Below, piece after piece: positions 54,399 to 63,686 of a DNA stretch of 64,000 nucleotides. The stretch is taken from positions 288,001-352,000 of the forward strand of contig CAVZZO010000003.1 in assembly GCA_963779755.1 (NCBI GenBank), given 5' to 3'. Numbering within the stretch: position 1 is the first letter of the stretch; each line of letters begins with the position of its first letter. Below the pieces are notes generated by a model. That model was not told the DNA's origin. It saw only the letters and a program-made list of their open reading frames with translations, and searched no databases. This DNA comes from an uncultured Gemmatimonadales bacterium (GTDB taxonomy: Bacteria; Gemmatimonadota; Gemmatimonadetes; Gemmatimonadales; GWC2-71-9). A program made the position numbers and the translations under genes.

Positions 54399-55946
54399 AT
54401 GGCAACACGCGCGGCCCAATCCACAATCACCACCCGGCCGAAGCCCCGGCTCTCGTTCTGGGAGATCTGGAACATGAGCTTCGGGTTTCTGGGCATCCAG
54501 TTCGGGTTTGCCCTGCAGAATGCCAACGTGAGCCGGATCTTCGAAACACTGGGCGCGCGGGTGGAGAACATTCCCATCCTGTGGATCGCCGCCCCGGTCA
54601 CCGGCTTGCTGGTCCAGCCGGTGGTCGGCTACTTCAGCGACCGTACCTGGAGCCGGCTGGGCCGGCGGCGTCCCTATTTCCTGGTGGGCGCGCTGCTCGC
54701 CTCCCTGGCGCTGATCGCCATTCCCAACTCCTCCGCGCTGTGGGTGGCTGCCGGGATCTTCTGGATCATGGACGCCTCCATCAACATTTCGATGGAGCCG
54801 TTCCGCGCCTTCGTGGGCGACAATCTCCCCGCGGCGCAGCGCACTACCGGATTCGCCGCGCAGAGCTTCTTCATCGGTACCGGCGCGGTTGTCGCTTCCC
54901 TGCTCCCCTGGGTGCTCACCAACTGGTTCCACGTGAGCAACCAGGCACCGCAACATCAGATTCCCGATTCCGTCCGCTGGTCGTTCTACCTGGGGGCGGG
55001 GGCATTCTTCGGGGCGGTGCTGTGGACGGTACTCCGCTCCCGCGAGTATTCCGCCGAGGAACGGGCGTCCTTCGAGGAAGACCAGGCGAGGGAGAGCACG
55101 GTAGGGGAGCGCCGGACCGACCGGGAGTTTGCCCGCAACGGGAGCCGCCAGATCCGCCTCGGCGCCGCGTTGATCGCTGCCGGCGGCCTGCTCAGCTGGT
55201 GGCTCGTTTCCCGGGCCGTGTACCAGGTGCTGATCCTGTCGGGCGGCCTGGGTCTGGTGGGAGTGCTGCTCTGCGTAAGCGGTGCCATGCAGCGCGGAGG
55301 CAAGTACGACAACGGCTTCATCACGATTCTGAACGATTTACAGGACATGCCGCGCACCATGCGCCAGCTCGCCTGGGTGCAGTTCTTCTCCTGGTTCGCC
55401 CTTTTCGCGCTCTGGATCTATACCACCGCGGCGGTCACCAGCCACCTGTACCACACGACCGATACGTCGAGCGCACTGTACAACCAGGGCGCCAACTGGG
55501 TGGGGGTGGGGTTCGCCGTCTACAACGGCGTCGCCGCCATCGTGGCCTTCGGGCTCCCGCTCCTTGCGGCGAGAACCAGCCGGCGAATGACCCACGCCAT
55601 CTGCCTCCTCCTTGGAGCGGCGGGCGTCATCTCGATCGTCGTGATCGCCGACCCGCGCATGCTGCTGGGCTCGATGGTGGGCATCGGCATCGCCTGGGCC
55701 AGCATTCTTTCGATGCCCTACGCGATTCTCTGCGGCGCCCTCCCCCCCTCGAAGATGGGCTACTACATGGGGGTCTTCAATTTCTTCATCGTCATTCCCC
55801 AGATCGTCGCAGCATCGCTGCTGGGCTTCCTGGTGGGGCACTTCTTCGGAGGCGAGGCAATCTACGCCCTGGTTATCGGCGGCGGGTCCCTGGCCCTGGC
55901 CGCCGCGCTGACCCTCGGGGTGGACGACCGGGACGAGACCCGCTGA
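54399..55946 (+). CDS. MFS maltose/sugar transporter (MalT/SLC45-like)
   Basis: KPRLSFWEIWNMSFGFLGIQ, QP.VG.FSDRT, GRRRPY, N.SMEPFRA, MG.FN.FIVIPQ. Confidence 0.92.
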   Translation: MATRAAQSTITTRPKPRLSFWEIWNMSFGFLGIQFGFALQNANVSRIFETLGARVENIPILWIAAPVTGLLVQPVVGYFSDRTWSRLGRRRPYFLVGALLASLALIAIPNSSALWVAAGIFWIMDASINISMEPFRAFVGDNLPAAQRTTGFAAQSFFIGTGAVVASLLPWVLTNWFHVSNQAPQHQIPDSVRWSFYLGAGAFFGAVLWTVLRSREYSAEERASFEEDQARESTVGERRTDREFARNGSRQIRLGAALIAAGGLLSWWLVSRAVYQVLILSGGLGLVGVLLCVSGAMQRGGKYDNGFITILNDLQDMPRTMRQLAWVQFFSWFALFALWIYTTAAVTSHLYHTTDTSSALYNQGANWVGVGFAVYNGVAAIVAFGLPLLAARTSRRMTHAICLLLGAAGVISIVVIADPRMLLGSMVGIGIAWASILSMPYAILCGALPPSKMGYYMGVFNFFIVIPQIVAASLLGFLVGHFFGGEAIYALVIGGGSLALAAALTLGVDDRDETR

Positions 55947-57631
55947 TGCGATTCCCCCGGCCCGGTGCCCTGCTCTGCTTCCTCGGCGCCGGCCTGGCTG
56001 CCTGCGCCGGCACATCCTCCACCCCGGCGCCGGCGCGCCCGCCAATCGTCGCGGCACAGCAACAGGTAGCGGATTTCTGGAACGGCGCCACCATCTATTT
56101 CCTCCTGCTTGACCGCTTCGCCGACGGCGACAGTGCCAACGATCATGCCCTGGGGCGGCGACACGACGGCGCCGTGCTGCGCAACTTCGAGGGCGGCGAT
56201 CTCGCCGGTGTGCGCGCGAAGATCGAACAAGGCTGGTTCGACAGCCTGGGCGTGACGGCGATCTGGATGACGCCGTTCGTCGAGCAGATCCACGGCAGCG
56301 TGGACGAGGGCACCGGCAAGACCTACGGCTATCACGGTTACTGGACTCGCGACTGGACCGCGGTGGATCCGGCCTTCGGCACGGAACAGGAGCTGCGCGC
56401 GCTGGTAGCCGCGGCCCACCGCCACGGGATCCGGGTGCTGATGGATGCCGTGGTGAACCATACCGGTCCGGTAACGCCGGAGGACCCGGCCTGGCCCGAC
56501 GACTGGGTCCGGATGACCCCGCTCTGCAACTACAGGAATTACGCAACCACCGTCACCTGCGCCCTGGTGAGGACCCTGCCGGACGTGCGCACCGAGCGTG
56601 ATGCCCCGGTGGACCTCCCTCCCGCCCTGGTCGAGAAGTGGCGAAAGCAAGGCCGCCTGGACCAGGAGCGGGCTTCGCTGGACAGCTTTTTCCAGCGCAC
56701 CGGTTACCCCCGGGCGCCGCGCTACTACATCATCAAGTGGCTCACGGACTGGGTGCGGAGGTGCGGCATCGACGGCTACCGGGTGGATACCGCCAAGCAC
56801 TTCGAGGCCACGGTCAGCGCCGACCTCAGGCGCCAGGCCGAGGCGGCCTACGCAGACTGGAAGCGGAGCCACCCGGGCGAGGTGCCGGACAGCCTGCCTT
56901 TCTACCTGGTGGGCGAGGTCTACGGCTGGGCACCGGAGCAGGGCCGGTCCTACAATTACGGCGACCGGTCGGTGGACTTCCTCAACTTCGGCTACGACGG
57001 GCTCATCAATTTCGCCTTCAAGAGCGACGCCGCGTGGCCGGTGGACAGCCTCTTCACCGCCTACGGCGCCATGTTGCACGGCCCGCTCGCGGGCAAGACG
57101 TTCCTCAACTATCTCAGTTCGCACGACGACGGCGCCCCCTACGACCGGGATCGCGCGCATCCCTTCGACGCGGGCACCCGGCTCCTGCTGACCCCCGGGA
57201 CGGCGCAGATCTACTACGGCGACGAGCTGGCCCGGCCGCTTCAGGTTCCGGGGGCCGAGACCGATGCCAACCTCCGCGCCATGATGAACTGGAGCGATCT
57301 TCGCCCCGGCGATCGCACCGCCATGATCCTGGAACACTGGCGCAAGCTGGGCCGCTTCCGCCGAGCCCATCCGGCGGTAGGGGCAGGCGAGCACCGGACC
57401 CTGCAGGAGCGTCCGTTCGTCTTCAGTCGGATCCTGGACGAGGGTGCACTGCACGACCGCGTACTCGTCGCCCTGGACCAGCCTGCCGGGCCGAAGGACA
57501 TCCCGGCCTTCGGCGTGTTCCCCGACGGTACCGTGCTGACGGACGGATATTCCGGCGTGACGGCCACCGTGCGCGACGGCCGGATCCGGCTCAGCAGTCC
57601 CTTCGGCATCGTACTGCTGGGGGAACGGTAA
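55946..57631 (+). CDS. GH13 alpha-amylase, lipoprotein (MalS-like catalytic domain)
   Basis: Lipobox LAAC, YF.L.DRF.DGD, GGDL.G, YHGYW, GYRVDTAKH, VGEVY, YLSSHD. Confidence 0.92.
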   Translation: MRFPRPGALLCFLGAGLAACAGTSSTPAPARPPIVAAQQQVADFWNGATIYFLLLDRFADGDSANDHALGRRHDGAVLRNFEGGDLAGVRAKIEQGWFDSLGVTAIWMTPFVEQIHGSVDEGTGKTYGYHGYWTRDWTAVDPAFGTEQELRALVAAAHRHGIRVLMDAVVNHTGPVTPEDPAWPDDWVRMTPLCNYRNYATTVTCALVRTLPDVRTERDAPVDLPPALVEKWRKQGRLDQERASLDSFFQRTGYPRAPRYYIIKWLTDWVRRCGIDGYRVDTAKHFEATVSADLRRQAEAAYADWKRSHPGEVPDSLPFYLVGEVYGWAPEQGRSYNYGDRSVDFLNFGYDGLINFAFKSDAAWPVDSLFTAYGAMLHGPLAGKTFLNYLSSHDDGAPYDRDRAHPFDAGTRLLLTPGTAQIYYGDELARPLQVPGAETDANLRAMMNWSDLRPGDRTAMILEHWRKLGRFRRAHPAVGAGEHRTLQERPFVFSRILDEGALHDRVLVALDQPAGPKDIPAFGVFPDGTVLTDGYSGVTATVRDGRIRLSSPFGIVLLGER

Positions 57632-57632
57632 G

Positions 57633-57660
57633 AGGGATCAGGAAGCAGGGACCAGGGAGC
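57633..57660. repeat. Degenerate heptamer tandem (AGGRANC)x4
   Basis: AGGGATC AGGAAGC AGGGACC AGGGAGC between convergent GH13 genes. Confidence 0.55.
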
Positions 57661-57699
57661 GGCGAAACGGCCAAGGCACCCTGGAAACGTGCGGTGCGG

Positions 57700-59574
57700 T
57701 TATGGCTGGCGGAGCCACACCTCCGCCGACCGGGCCGGCAGCGTGACCTGAAGGTCCCCTGCCCCGGGGCTCGCACTCGAATCGGGCCACTCCCGCCGGT
57801 ATCGCCCCTGCACGCCCAGATCCACCCGCTGCGGACGGGTTGAGACGTTGAACGCGACGATGGCGGATTGATTCGCCAGGCTCCGCGCATACGCGAGAAT
57901 CCCCCGCGCGTCATCCCGCACCAGCCACCTGGTCCCGCCATCCACGAACAGCCGCAGGTGTGCCTTCCGGAGCGCGATCAGGCTCTGATAGACGCGGAAG
58001 AGGGCCGTGTCGGGGGCCACCGTGCTGCGGGGCCGCGACCGGCCGAACGGGCCGGCCACCTCGTCATCGTAGTGCAGGTCTCCCCAGACCACCGGTTTTC
58101 GGTTGTCGGGATCGTCGGCGCCCCACATGCCCGCCTCGTCGCCGTTCCAGATCTCCGGGGCGCCGATCCAGGTGAACTGCTGCGCCAGGATCATCGCCTC
58201 GGTTCGCCGGGTGGCGGTGCCCGGCCGGTCGATCCGGTAGGTGGAGTCCTCGCGCGGATTCGCATGATACTTGTACCGCACCGGATTGAAGACGGAGGTC
58301 GCGAAGCGGGGCGTATCGTGGCTCGCCGTCAGGTTCATCATCGCCTGCTGCTCGTCGCACGGGATGCCCAGTCCCAGCGAGTCCAGCGCCGCGGCGTAGG
58401 CGGAGGCAGTGAGTTGGGGCGGCGCCCCCGCGAAGAAGCTCCGGGTGGGCGCGTACCACTGGTAGTGCATCACCGCGTCGAACACGTCGCCCTGGAGCCA
58501 GGGGGCCGGGTCCCACATCCGGTCGGGCCAGGAGTCCCACCAGACCTCGCCCACGAGATACGCCCCCGGGTTCACGCCGCGTACGAAGCGGCGGTAATCG
58601 CGCCAGAAGCCGAGGGGGACCACATCGGCCACGTCGAGGCGGAAGCCGTCCACGCCATCCGAGGGATCGCCGTCGCCGTTCGGGTCCAGCCAGCGCCGGG
58701 TCACCGCGAAAACCAGCTGCTTCACCGGCGGCACCAGATCTCCCGGGATCGGGCCGCGTGTTTCTCCCTCGGGACGGCCCACCTTCTTCCATTCGGGCAG
58801 CGACTGCGCGCCGGCCCAGCCGCGATAGGCGAACTCGCTGGTATCGGGCGTGGCCGGGTCGTCGAACCGCTGGATCTCGTACCAGCCGGCGTAGGGCGAG
58901 GCCTGCTGCCGCTTCAGGATATCCTGCCAGGCCCAGAAGCTGGTCCCGGTGTGATTCCAGGAGTAGTCCATGATGATGCGCATGCCACGCCGGTGGACCT
59001 CGCGCACCAGGGCCAGGAAGAGGCTGTCGGCGGCGGTCCAGCGCCAGGTGCCGGGGTCGGCGGGGTTCTCCGCCGCCATCCGCGCTTCATCCCCCCGCGG
59101 ATCCGGTCCGAAGTTGCGGTCGATATGCCGGTAGTTGCGGGCGTCGTACTTGTGGAGCGACGGAGCGTCGTTCACCGGATTCAGGAAGAGTGCCGTTACG
59201 CCCAGCCGCTGGAGGTAATCCAGTTCGTCCAGCACCCCCTGGAGGTCGCCGCCGTAGCGGCGGAACTGCACCGTGGCGTAGAAGTCCTTCCCGGTCGCTT
59301 TCGCCCAGGGTTCTTCCTGATACCAGTCGTGGGACCATGGTGTCACCCGCCAGCCGGCCGGCACCCTCCGGGGGCTGAAACCCTGGATATCGTGCGGCGT
59401 CGGATCGTTCGCGGTATCGCCGTTGCGGAATCGCTCGACGAAGATCTGGTACCAGATCGCATCCTTGGACCAGGTGGGCACCGCCATGGAGGGAGCAACC
59501 GCGGGATGCCGCGCGGGGGGACCGTCCCACCATCCGGCCAGCGCCGTCGCGACGATCAGGAGGAGCCGGTTCAT
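57700..59574 (-). CDS. GH13 cyclomaltodextrinase/neopullulanase-like enzyme
   Basis: WYQIF.ERF.NGD, GGDLQG, S.HKYD, GFRLDVA, VGEVW, ASHDT.R, DDPDNR. Confidence 0.92.
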   Translation of the reverse strand: MNRLLLIVATALAGWWDGPPARHPAVAPSMAVPTWSKDAIWYQIFVERFRNGDTANDPTPHDIQGFSPRRVPAGWRVTPWSHDWYQEEPWAKATGKDFYATVQFRRYGGDLQGVLDELDYLQRLGVTALFLNPVNDAPSLHKYDARNYRHIDRNFGPDPRGDEARMAAENPADPGTWRWTAADSLFLALVREVHRRGMRIIMDYSWNHTGTSFWAWQDILKRQQASPYAGWYEIQRFDDPATPDTSEFAYRGWAGAQSLPEWKKVGRPEGETRGPIPGDLVPPVKQLVFAVTRRWLDPNGDGDPSDGVDGFRLDVADVVPLGFWRDYRRFVRGVNPGAYLVGEVWWDSWPDRMWDPAPWLQGDVFDAVMHYQWYAPTRSFFAGAPPQLTASAYAAALDSLGLGIPCDEQQAMMNLTASHDTPRFATSVFNPVRYKYHANPREDSTYRIDRPGTATRRTEAMILAQQFTWIGAPEIWNGDEAGMWGADDPDNRKPVVWGDLHYDDEVAGPFGRSRPRSTVAPDTALFRVYQSLIALRKAHLRLFVDGGTRWLVRDDARGILAYARSLANQSAIVAFNVSTRPQRVDLGVQGRYRREWPDSSASPGAGDLQVTLPARSAEVWLRQP

Positions 59575-60878
59575 TGCCGGGGCCGGCCGAAGATGAACGT
59601 GAGCGGGTCCTCCAGCCTGGCCCGCCAGGAGGCCTCGTTGTGGGTGGCGCCTTCATACCGCTTGATCACGAAGTCGCGGCCCTCGACCTTGCCCTGCGCC
59701 AGCAGCCAGCGGCGGACGGCCTCATGCGTGGGCCCGTAGGCGGCGTCCAGCCCTTCGCTGCCGTAGTCGAAGCGGTAGCGGGCGTGGGACGGCGCTTTCA
59801 TGCCGCCCTCGATATCACGGATCACATAGGGCACCGTGTCGGAGGACGCGGCGGCGCTGTCGCCCTGCATGATCTGCCCCGCCACCGCCGGCGACAGGGG
59901 AAAGTGGGTGGACTCGCAGCCGCAGGCGCCGAAGACCTCCGGGTGATGCGTCACCAGGTAGAAAGAGAGCAGCCCGCCCATCGAGCTCCCCATGGTCGCG
60001 GTGTTTGCCGGGCCGGTACGCGCGCGGAACTCGTGATTCACCCGCGGCATCAACTCCTCGATGAGAAACCGGGCGTACTGCGGCGCATCCTGCCAGGGGG
60101 AATACTCTTCGAATCGCTTCTCGGTGCTCCAGGCCCCGACCACGATGATCGGCGGGATGACGCCCTTCCGCACCAGCCGCATCACCGCCTCGTCGACGCC
60201 CCAGTCCGTTCCGGTATTCGCGATGCGCGGATCAAACAGGTTCTGGCCGTCGTGCATGTAGAGCACGGGATAGCGCCGGGTCGTGTCCTGGTCGTAGCCC
60301 GGCGGCAGCCAGATCTCCACGTTCCGGGTGGGACCGAGAAACGCCGACTTGACGTCGGTCCAGTAGACCAGCCGGCCCTCCACGCCGGATCCCTCCGGGT
60401 GGGCCACCGCGTCCCGGATCCGCGCCGCGGTGGCCTGCCGCTCGGCCGCCGCCTGTTCCGGCGTCTTGAACCTCGGGAGCTCGTGGCTGACCGTGGTGTC
60501 GTGGGTCAGGACCAGCCGGTAGTTCGGCGGGGCCTGGCCGGCGGCGGTGAGCGCCTCGGTGTCCCAGGAGCCGAGCGTGAACTTGTATTCCAGGACGGTG
60601 CCGGAGTCGGCGCTGAGCTCGATGCTCCGCTCCGGGCCCCTGCCGGTGAGGGCGCGCGCGGCCGGGTTCCACGGGCCCAGCTCGGGAAGACTGCCGGTGA
60701 GATAGACTGTGCCGGTGCCCTCGGGTACCCGCACCCGGATCGTCGCCCGGCAGCAGGTTCGAGGTAGCGTATGCGCCCCGTCTCCGCAGGCCATCGCCGG
60801 GTGGGCGAGCAGAACGACACCCAGGAGTGCCACTGCGCCTGAAGCGGCCCCTCGGGACCTGTCGGAGCGGATGCTCAT
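59571..60878 (-). CDS. CBM20 starch-binding domain fused to alpha/beta-hydrolase esterase
   Basis: VYLTGSLPELGPWNP and EYKFTLGSW (CBM20-like), WLPPGY, YPVLYMHDGQNLFD, GSSMGG nucleophile, HNEASW. Confidence 0.88.
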   Translation of the reverse strand: MSIRSDRSRGAASGAVALLGVVLLAHPAMACGDGAHTLPRTCCRATIRVRVPEGTGTVYLTGSLPELGPWNPAARALTGRGPERSIELSADSGTVLEYKFTLGSWDTEALTAAGQAPPNYRLVLTHDTTVSHELPRFKTPEQAAAERQATAARIRDAVAHPEGSGVEGRLVYWTDVKSAFLGPTRNVEIWLPPGYDQDTTRRYPVLYMHDGQNLFDPRIANTGTDWGVDEAVMRLVRKGVIPPIIVVGAWSTEKRFEEYSPWQDAPQYARFLIEELMPRVNHEFRARTGPANTATMGSSMGGLLSFYLVTHHPEVFGACGCESTHFPLSPAVAGQIMQGDSAAASSDTVPYVIRDIEGGMKAPSHARYRFDYGSEGLDAAYGPTHEAVRRWLLAQGKVEGRDFVIKRYEGATHNEASWRARLEDPLTFIFGRPRQ

Positions 60879-61006
60879 ATGCTGGCGGATGTTGGCTCTT
60901 GGATCAGGTGAATGTTCCCTCCCCTGCGCACTTGTGCGGACTGTGGGTACCGGCCCGCGCTGTGGTGGTGATGGTCCGGCGCGCGATGGGGCCGATATTC
61001 CCCTGC

Positions 61007-61273
61007 AGGGGGCGGAGGCCTCATACCCGGACCACCTCTCGGGCCTTGCCCCGTGCGATCGCGCACTCCGGTACCGGGCTGCGCGTTTCTGGCGATGATC
61101 GGGTCAGGTGTGTGCCCGATATTCCCCCAATAGGGGGCGGAGGCCTCATACCCGGGACCACCTCTCGGGCCTTGCCCCGTGCGATCGCGCACTCCGGTAC
61201 CGGGCTGCGCGTTTCTGGCGATGATCGGGTCAGGTGTGTGCCCGATATTCCCCCAATAGGCGGCGGAGGCCTC
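61007..61273. repeat. ~125-bp tandem duplication (two near-identical copies plus partial copy)
   Basis: 61007-61131 and 61132-61257 differ only by one extra G. A third copy starts at 61258, and a degenerate partial copy lies at ~60940-61006. Confidence 0.92.
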
Positions 61274-61304
61274 GGAGCCTCCTGCTGCGGCCGGCCACCG
61301 CGGC

Positions 61305-62495
61305 TCAGTCGCTGGTCATGATGAATAGCGGCGCCTTGTCGAAATCGTAGATCGGGCGCAGACGTTCGGTCTGGTAGTACTTCGGCACGTTGACCACCTT
61401 CTTCTCGGCCGTAACGTTCTGGATGGGGACGCTGTCGTAGAAGCCGCGGTGCACGCTGACCAGCCGCCCATACTGCTTCTTCAGGATGAGATCGAGCGCC
61501 AGGTTGCCAAACGCCATCGGCACGATGGAATCGAGCGCATCGGGATCGCCGGAGCGAACGAGATAGCCGAGGCGCTGATTAACGACGTCGATCCGGCGGC
61601 CGTTGTTGTAGCGGGGTGAGGCGTCCGCCAGCGCGCCGGCAACCTTGTCACCGATGCCGCCCAGCTTGCGATGGCCGAACATGTCCGTATCCTCACCCTC
61701 GAAGCTCATGCCGTCGTGCCCCGTCAGGCGGGCTCCTTCCGAGACCAGCACCACGGCGTAGCGGCTGGGATGGCGGTTGCGGTCGAAGGTGAGGAGCTCC
61801 GCGAGCTGGTCCACGTCCACCGGGTGTTCGGGGATGACGCACCGGTCGGCGGCGCCGGCCATGGTGGGCAGGAGCGCGGTGAACCCGGCATACCGGCCGA
61901 AGACCTCGATGACCAGAAAGCGTTCGTGGGACCCCGCCGAGGTGCGCAGCCGGTGCGTCAGTTCGATAGTACGAGTGACGCAGGTGCTGAACCCGATGCA
62001 ATAGTCGGTGCCGTAGACGTCGTTGTCCATGGTCTTGGGGATCCCCACCACGTGCACGCCTTCGTCGTGCAGCCGCTTCGCATAGCTCAGCGTGTCGTCC
62101 CCGCCGATGGGGATCAACGCGTCCACCCCGATGTGCTCCAGGTTGGCGAGCACAGTCCTGGTGATGTCGTTGACATCCTGGTCATGGCCGCGCAGATGTT
62201 CCGGCACCCGGCTGCGCGGCAGGTGGCTGGGCCGGGTTCGGGAGGTGTGCAGGAACGTGCCGCCGGTCCGCCCCGCGCGATTGACGATCGCCTCGGAGAG
62301 CAGCTGGATATTGGCGCTGTTGTCGACGGCGTGATCGGGCACGTAGTCGACCAGGCCGGCCCAGCCCCGCCGGATGCCGATCACCCGATAACCCTCGCGC
62401 AGCGCCCGGATGGTAATGGCCCGGATGGCAGGATTGAGGCCGGGGACGTCGCCCCCGCCGGTCAGAATCGCGATAGTCCCGTGGTAATTCGGCAT
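61305..62495 (-). CDS. pfkA: 6-phosphofructokinase, PPi-dependent signature
   Basis: LTGGGDVPGLN, GGTFL.TSR, IGGDDT, PKTMDND, EVFGR.AG, LGY.VRSG. Confidence 0.92.
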   Translation of the reverse strand: MPNYHGTIAILTGGGDVPGLNPAIRAITIRALREGYRVIGIRRGWAGLVDYVPDHAVDNSANIQLLSEAIVNRAGRTGGTFLHTSRTRPSHLPRSRVPEHLRGHDQDVNDITRTVLANLEHIGVDALIPIGGDDTLSYAKRLHDEGVHVVGIPKTMDNDVYGTDYCIGFSTCVTRTIELTHRLRTSAGSHERFLVIEVFGRYAGFTALLPTMAGAADRCVIPEHPVDVDQLAELLTFDRNRHPSRYAVVLVSEGARLTGHDGMSFEGEDTDMFGHRKLGGIGDKVAGALADASPRYNNGRRIDVVNQRLGYLVRSGDPDALDSIVPMAFGNLALDLILKKQYGRLVSVHRGFYDSVPIQNVTAEKKVVNVPKYYQTERLRPIYDFDKAPLFIMTSD

Positions 62496-62579
62496 GCCCT
62501 CAATTCCAGTCAGGTCCACTGGATACTATACCGGGAACGCCGTTCCCGACCAGCCGATTTCCTTGCGTCTGCCGGGCGC

Positions 62580-63173
62580 TCAGCGCGTGGAGCAGGCCAT
62601 CCGCGCCGAGCGGGAGATCAGGAGATCGACCGTCAGCCGGGACGGCGCCGCCCTCACCGATCGCAGAGTGATGTCCTGCGGGGCCGGACAGCCGAAGCCG
62701 CGCAGCCGCGGGCCGGGCAGGGTGCTGTCGCGCGCCGCGAGGGCGAGCCGCCCGGCCAGATCCCACGGATTCTGCCGGATGGCGTCGCGCACCGAGGTGG
62801 CGAGACGCCCCACGATGGTGGAGCAGACCGGATTAGGGGCGGCCAGATTGACATCCGTCAGGCCAAGATAGTTGCCGATCAGGATGGGACGCCCGCTGAT
62901 CTGGACGTCGCAGGCCATCATTCCCAGCCGCGCAGTGCCGAAAAACGTCACCTGGCTGCTGGAGATGCCGACATCATTCACCTGCAGTTCGCCCCAGCGC
63001 AGGCCGGCGCCATCGGCCAGGGCCTCCCGGGCCAGCTCCACACCGTCCGATGGAACCAGAGTGATGCTTGCCTGACGCGGAGACTTTCCGGACTGGGCGA
63101 GCGCGGCAGAGGCAGGGATAGCGGCGAAAATCGCACCGAGCAACACGGCTCGGCAGAACACGTGCGTAAACAT
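62580..63173 (-). CDS. Hypothetical secreted protein
   Basis: Signal-like VLLGAIFAAIPASAALAQ. Start uncertain and no family recognised. Confidence 0.5.
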   Translation of the reverse strand: MFTHVFCRAVLLGAIFAAIPASAALAQSGKSPRQASITLVPSDGVELAREALADGAGLRWGELQVNDVGISSSQVTFFGTARLGMMACDVQISGRPILIGNYLGLTDVNLAAPNPVCSTIVGRLATSVRDAIRQNPWDLAGRLALAARDSTLPGPRLRGFGCPAPQDITLRSVRAAPSRLTVDLLISRSARMACSTR

Positions 63174-63237
63174 CGCCGAAAGATGAGCCCGGACCGCTTC
63201 CCGCGCCAGAGAAGCGGAGGCACCCGACGCCCCGCCC

Positions 63238-63284
63238 TTGACGGGTCCCGTCCCGGGCCCTAGCTTGTGCTGAAAATTCAGCAC
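63238..63284 (+). promoter_or_regulatory. sigma70 promoter plus palindromic operator of blaI
   Basis: TTGACG-N17-TAGCTT, immediately followed by GTGCTGAA-AA-TTCAGCAC (63267-63284), 13 nt before the ATG. Confidence 0.75.
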
Positions 63285-63297
63285 CCGGGAGACCTCG

Positions 63298-63684
63298 ATG
63301 GCTCAGGTCAAATCCGCCCTCAGCCGGCGGGAGCGCGAAGTGATGGACGTGCTGTATCGCTGGGGGGAGTGCACCGTGGCAGAGGTCATGGAGGCGCTGC
63401 CCAATCCTCCCACCTACTCCGCCGTCCGGTCCATCCTGCGGGTCCTGACCCGCAAGGGACACGTCGTCTACCGGGAAGACGGACCCCGCTATGTCTATGC
63501 GCCGGCGGTGGAGCGCGACCGCGCCCGCACCGCCGCCATTGATCACCTGGTGAACACGTTCTTCGAGGGATCGGCCGAAGGAGCGCTGGCCGCCTTGCTG
63601 CGGCGGTCGGATCTCGAGCTCAGCGAAGAACAGGTCCGCCGCCTGGCGCAGAGCATTCGCCGGGCCCGCGAGGAAGGACGCTGA
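63298..63684 (+). CDS. BlaI/MecI/CopY family transcriptional repressor
   Basis: LSRREREVMDVL, TYSAVR..L..L..KG.V, RYVY, TFFEGS. Confidence 0.93.
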   Translation: MAQVKSALSRREREVMDVLYRWGECTVAEVMEALPNPPTYSAVRSILRVLTRKGHVVYREDGPRYVYAPAVERDRARTAAIDHLVNTFFEGSAEGALAALLRRSDLELSEEQVRRLAQSIRRAREEGR

Positions 63685-63686
63685 CC

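Noticed and set aside
54581..57631. Apparent 1016-aa MFS-amylase fusion in the ORF track
   Set aside because: The upstream part is an off-frame overlap of the MFS gene. The amylase starts at ATG 55946 (TGATG coupling) with its own lipoprotein signal.
44388..59739. Very long opposite-strand ORFs over the PUL (44388-47015, 52245-54956, 57868-59739)
   Set aside because: They are reverse-complement shadows of the GH genes with no family signatures.
61007..61273. Possible CRISPR array
   Set aside because: The segments between the recurring motifs are identical rather than unique spacers, the unit is ~125 bp, and there are no cas genes.
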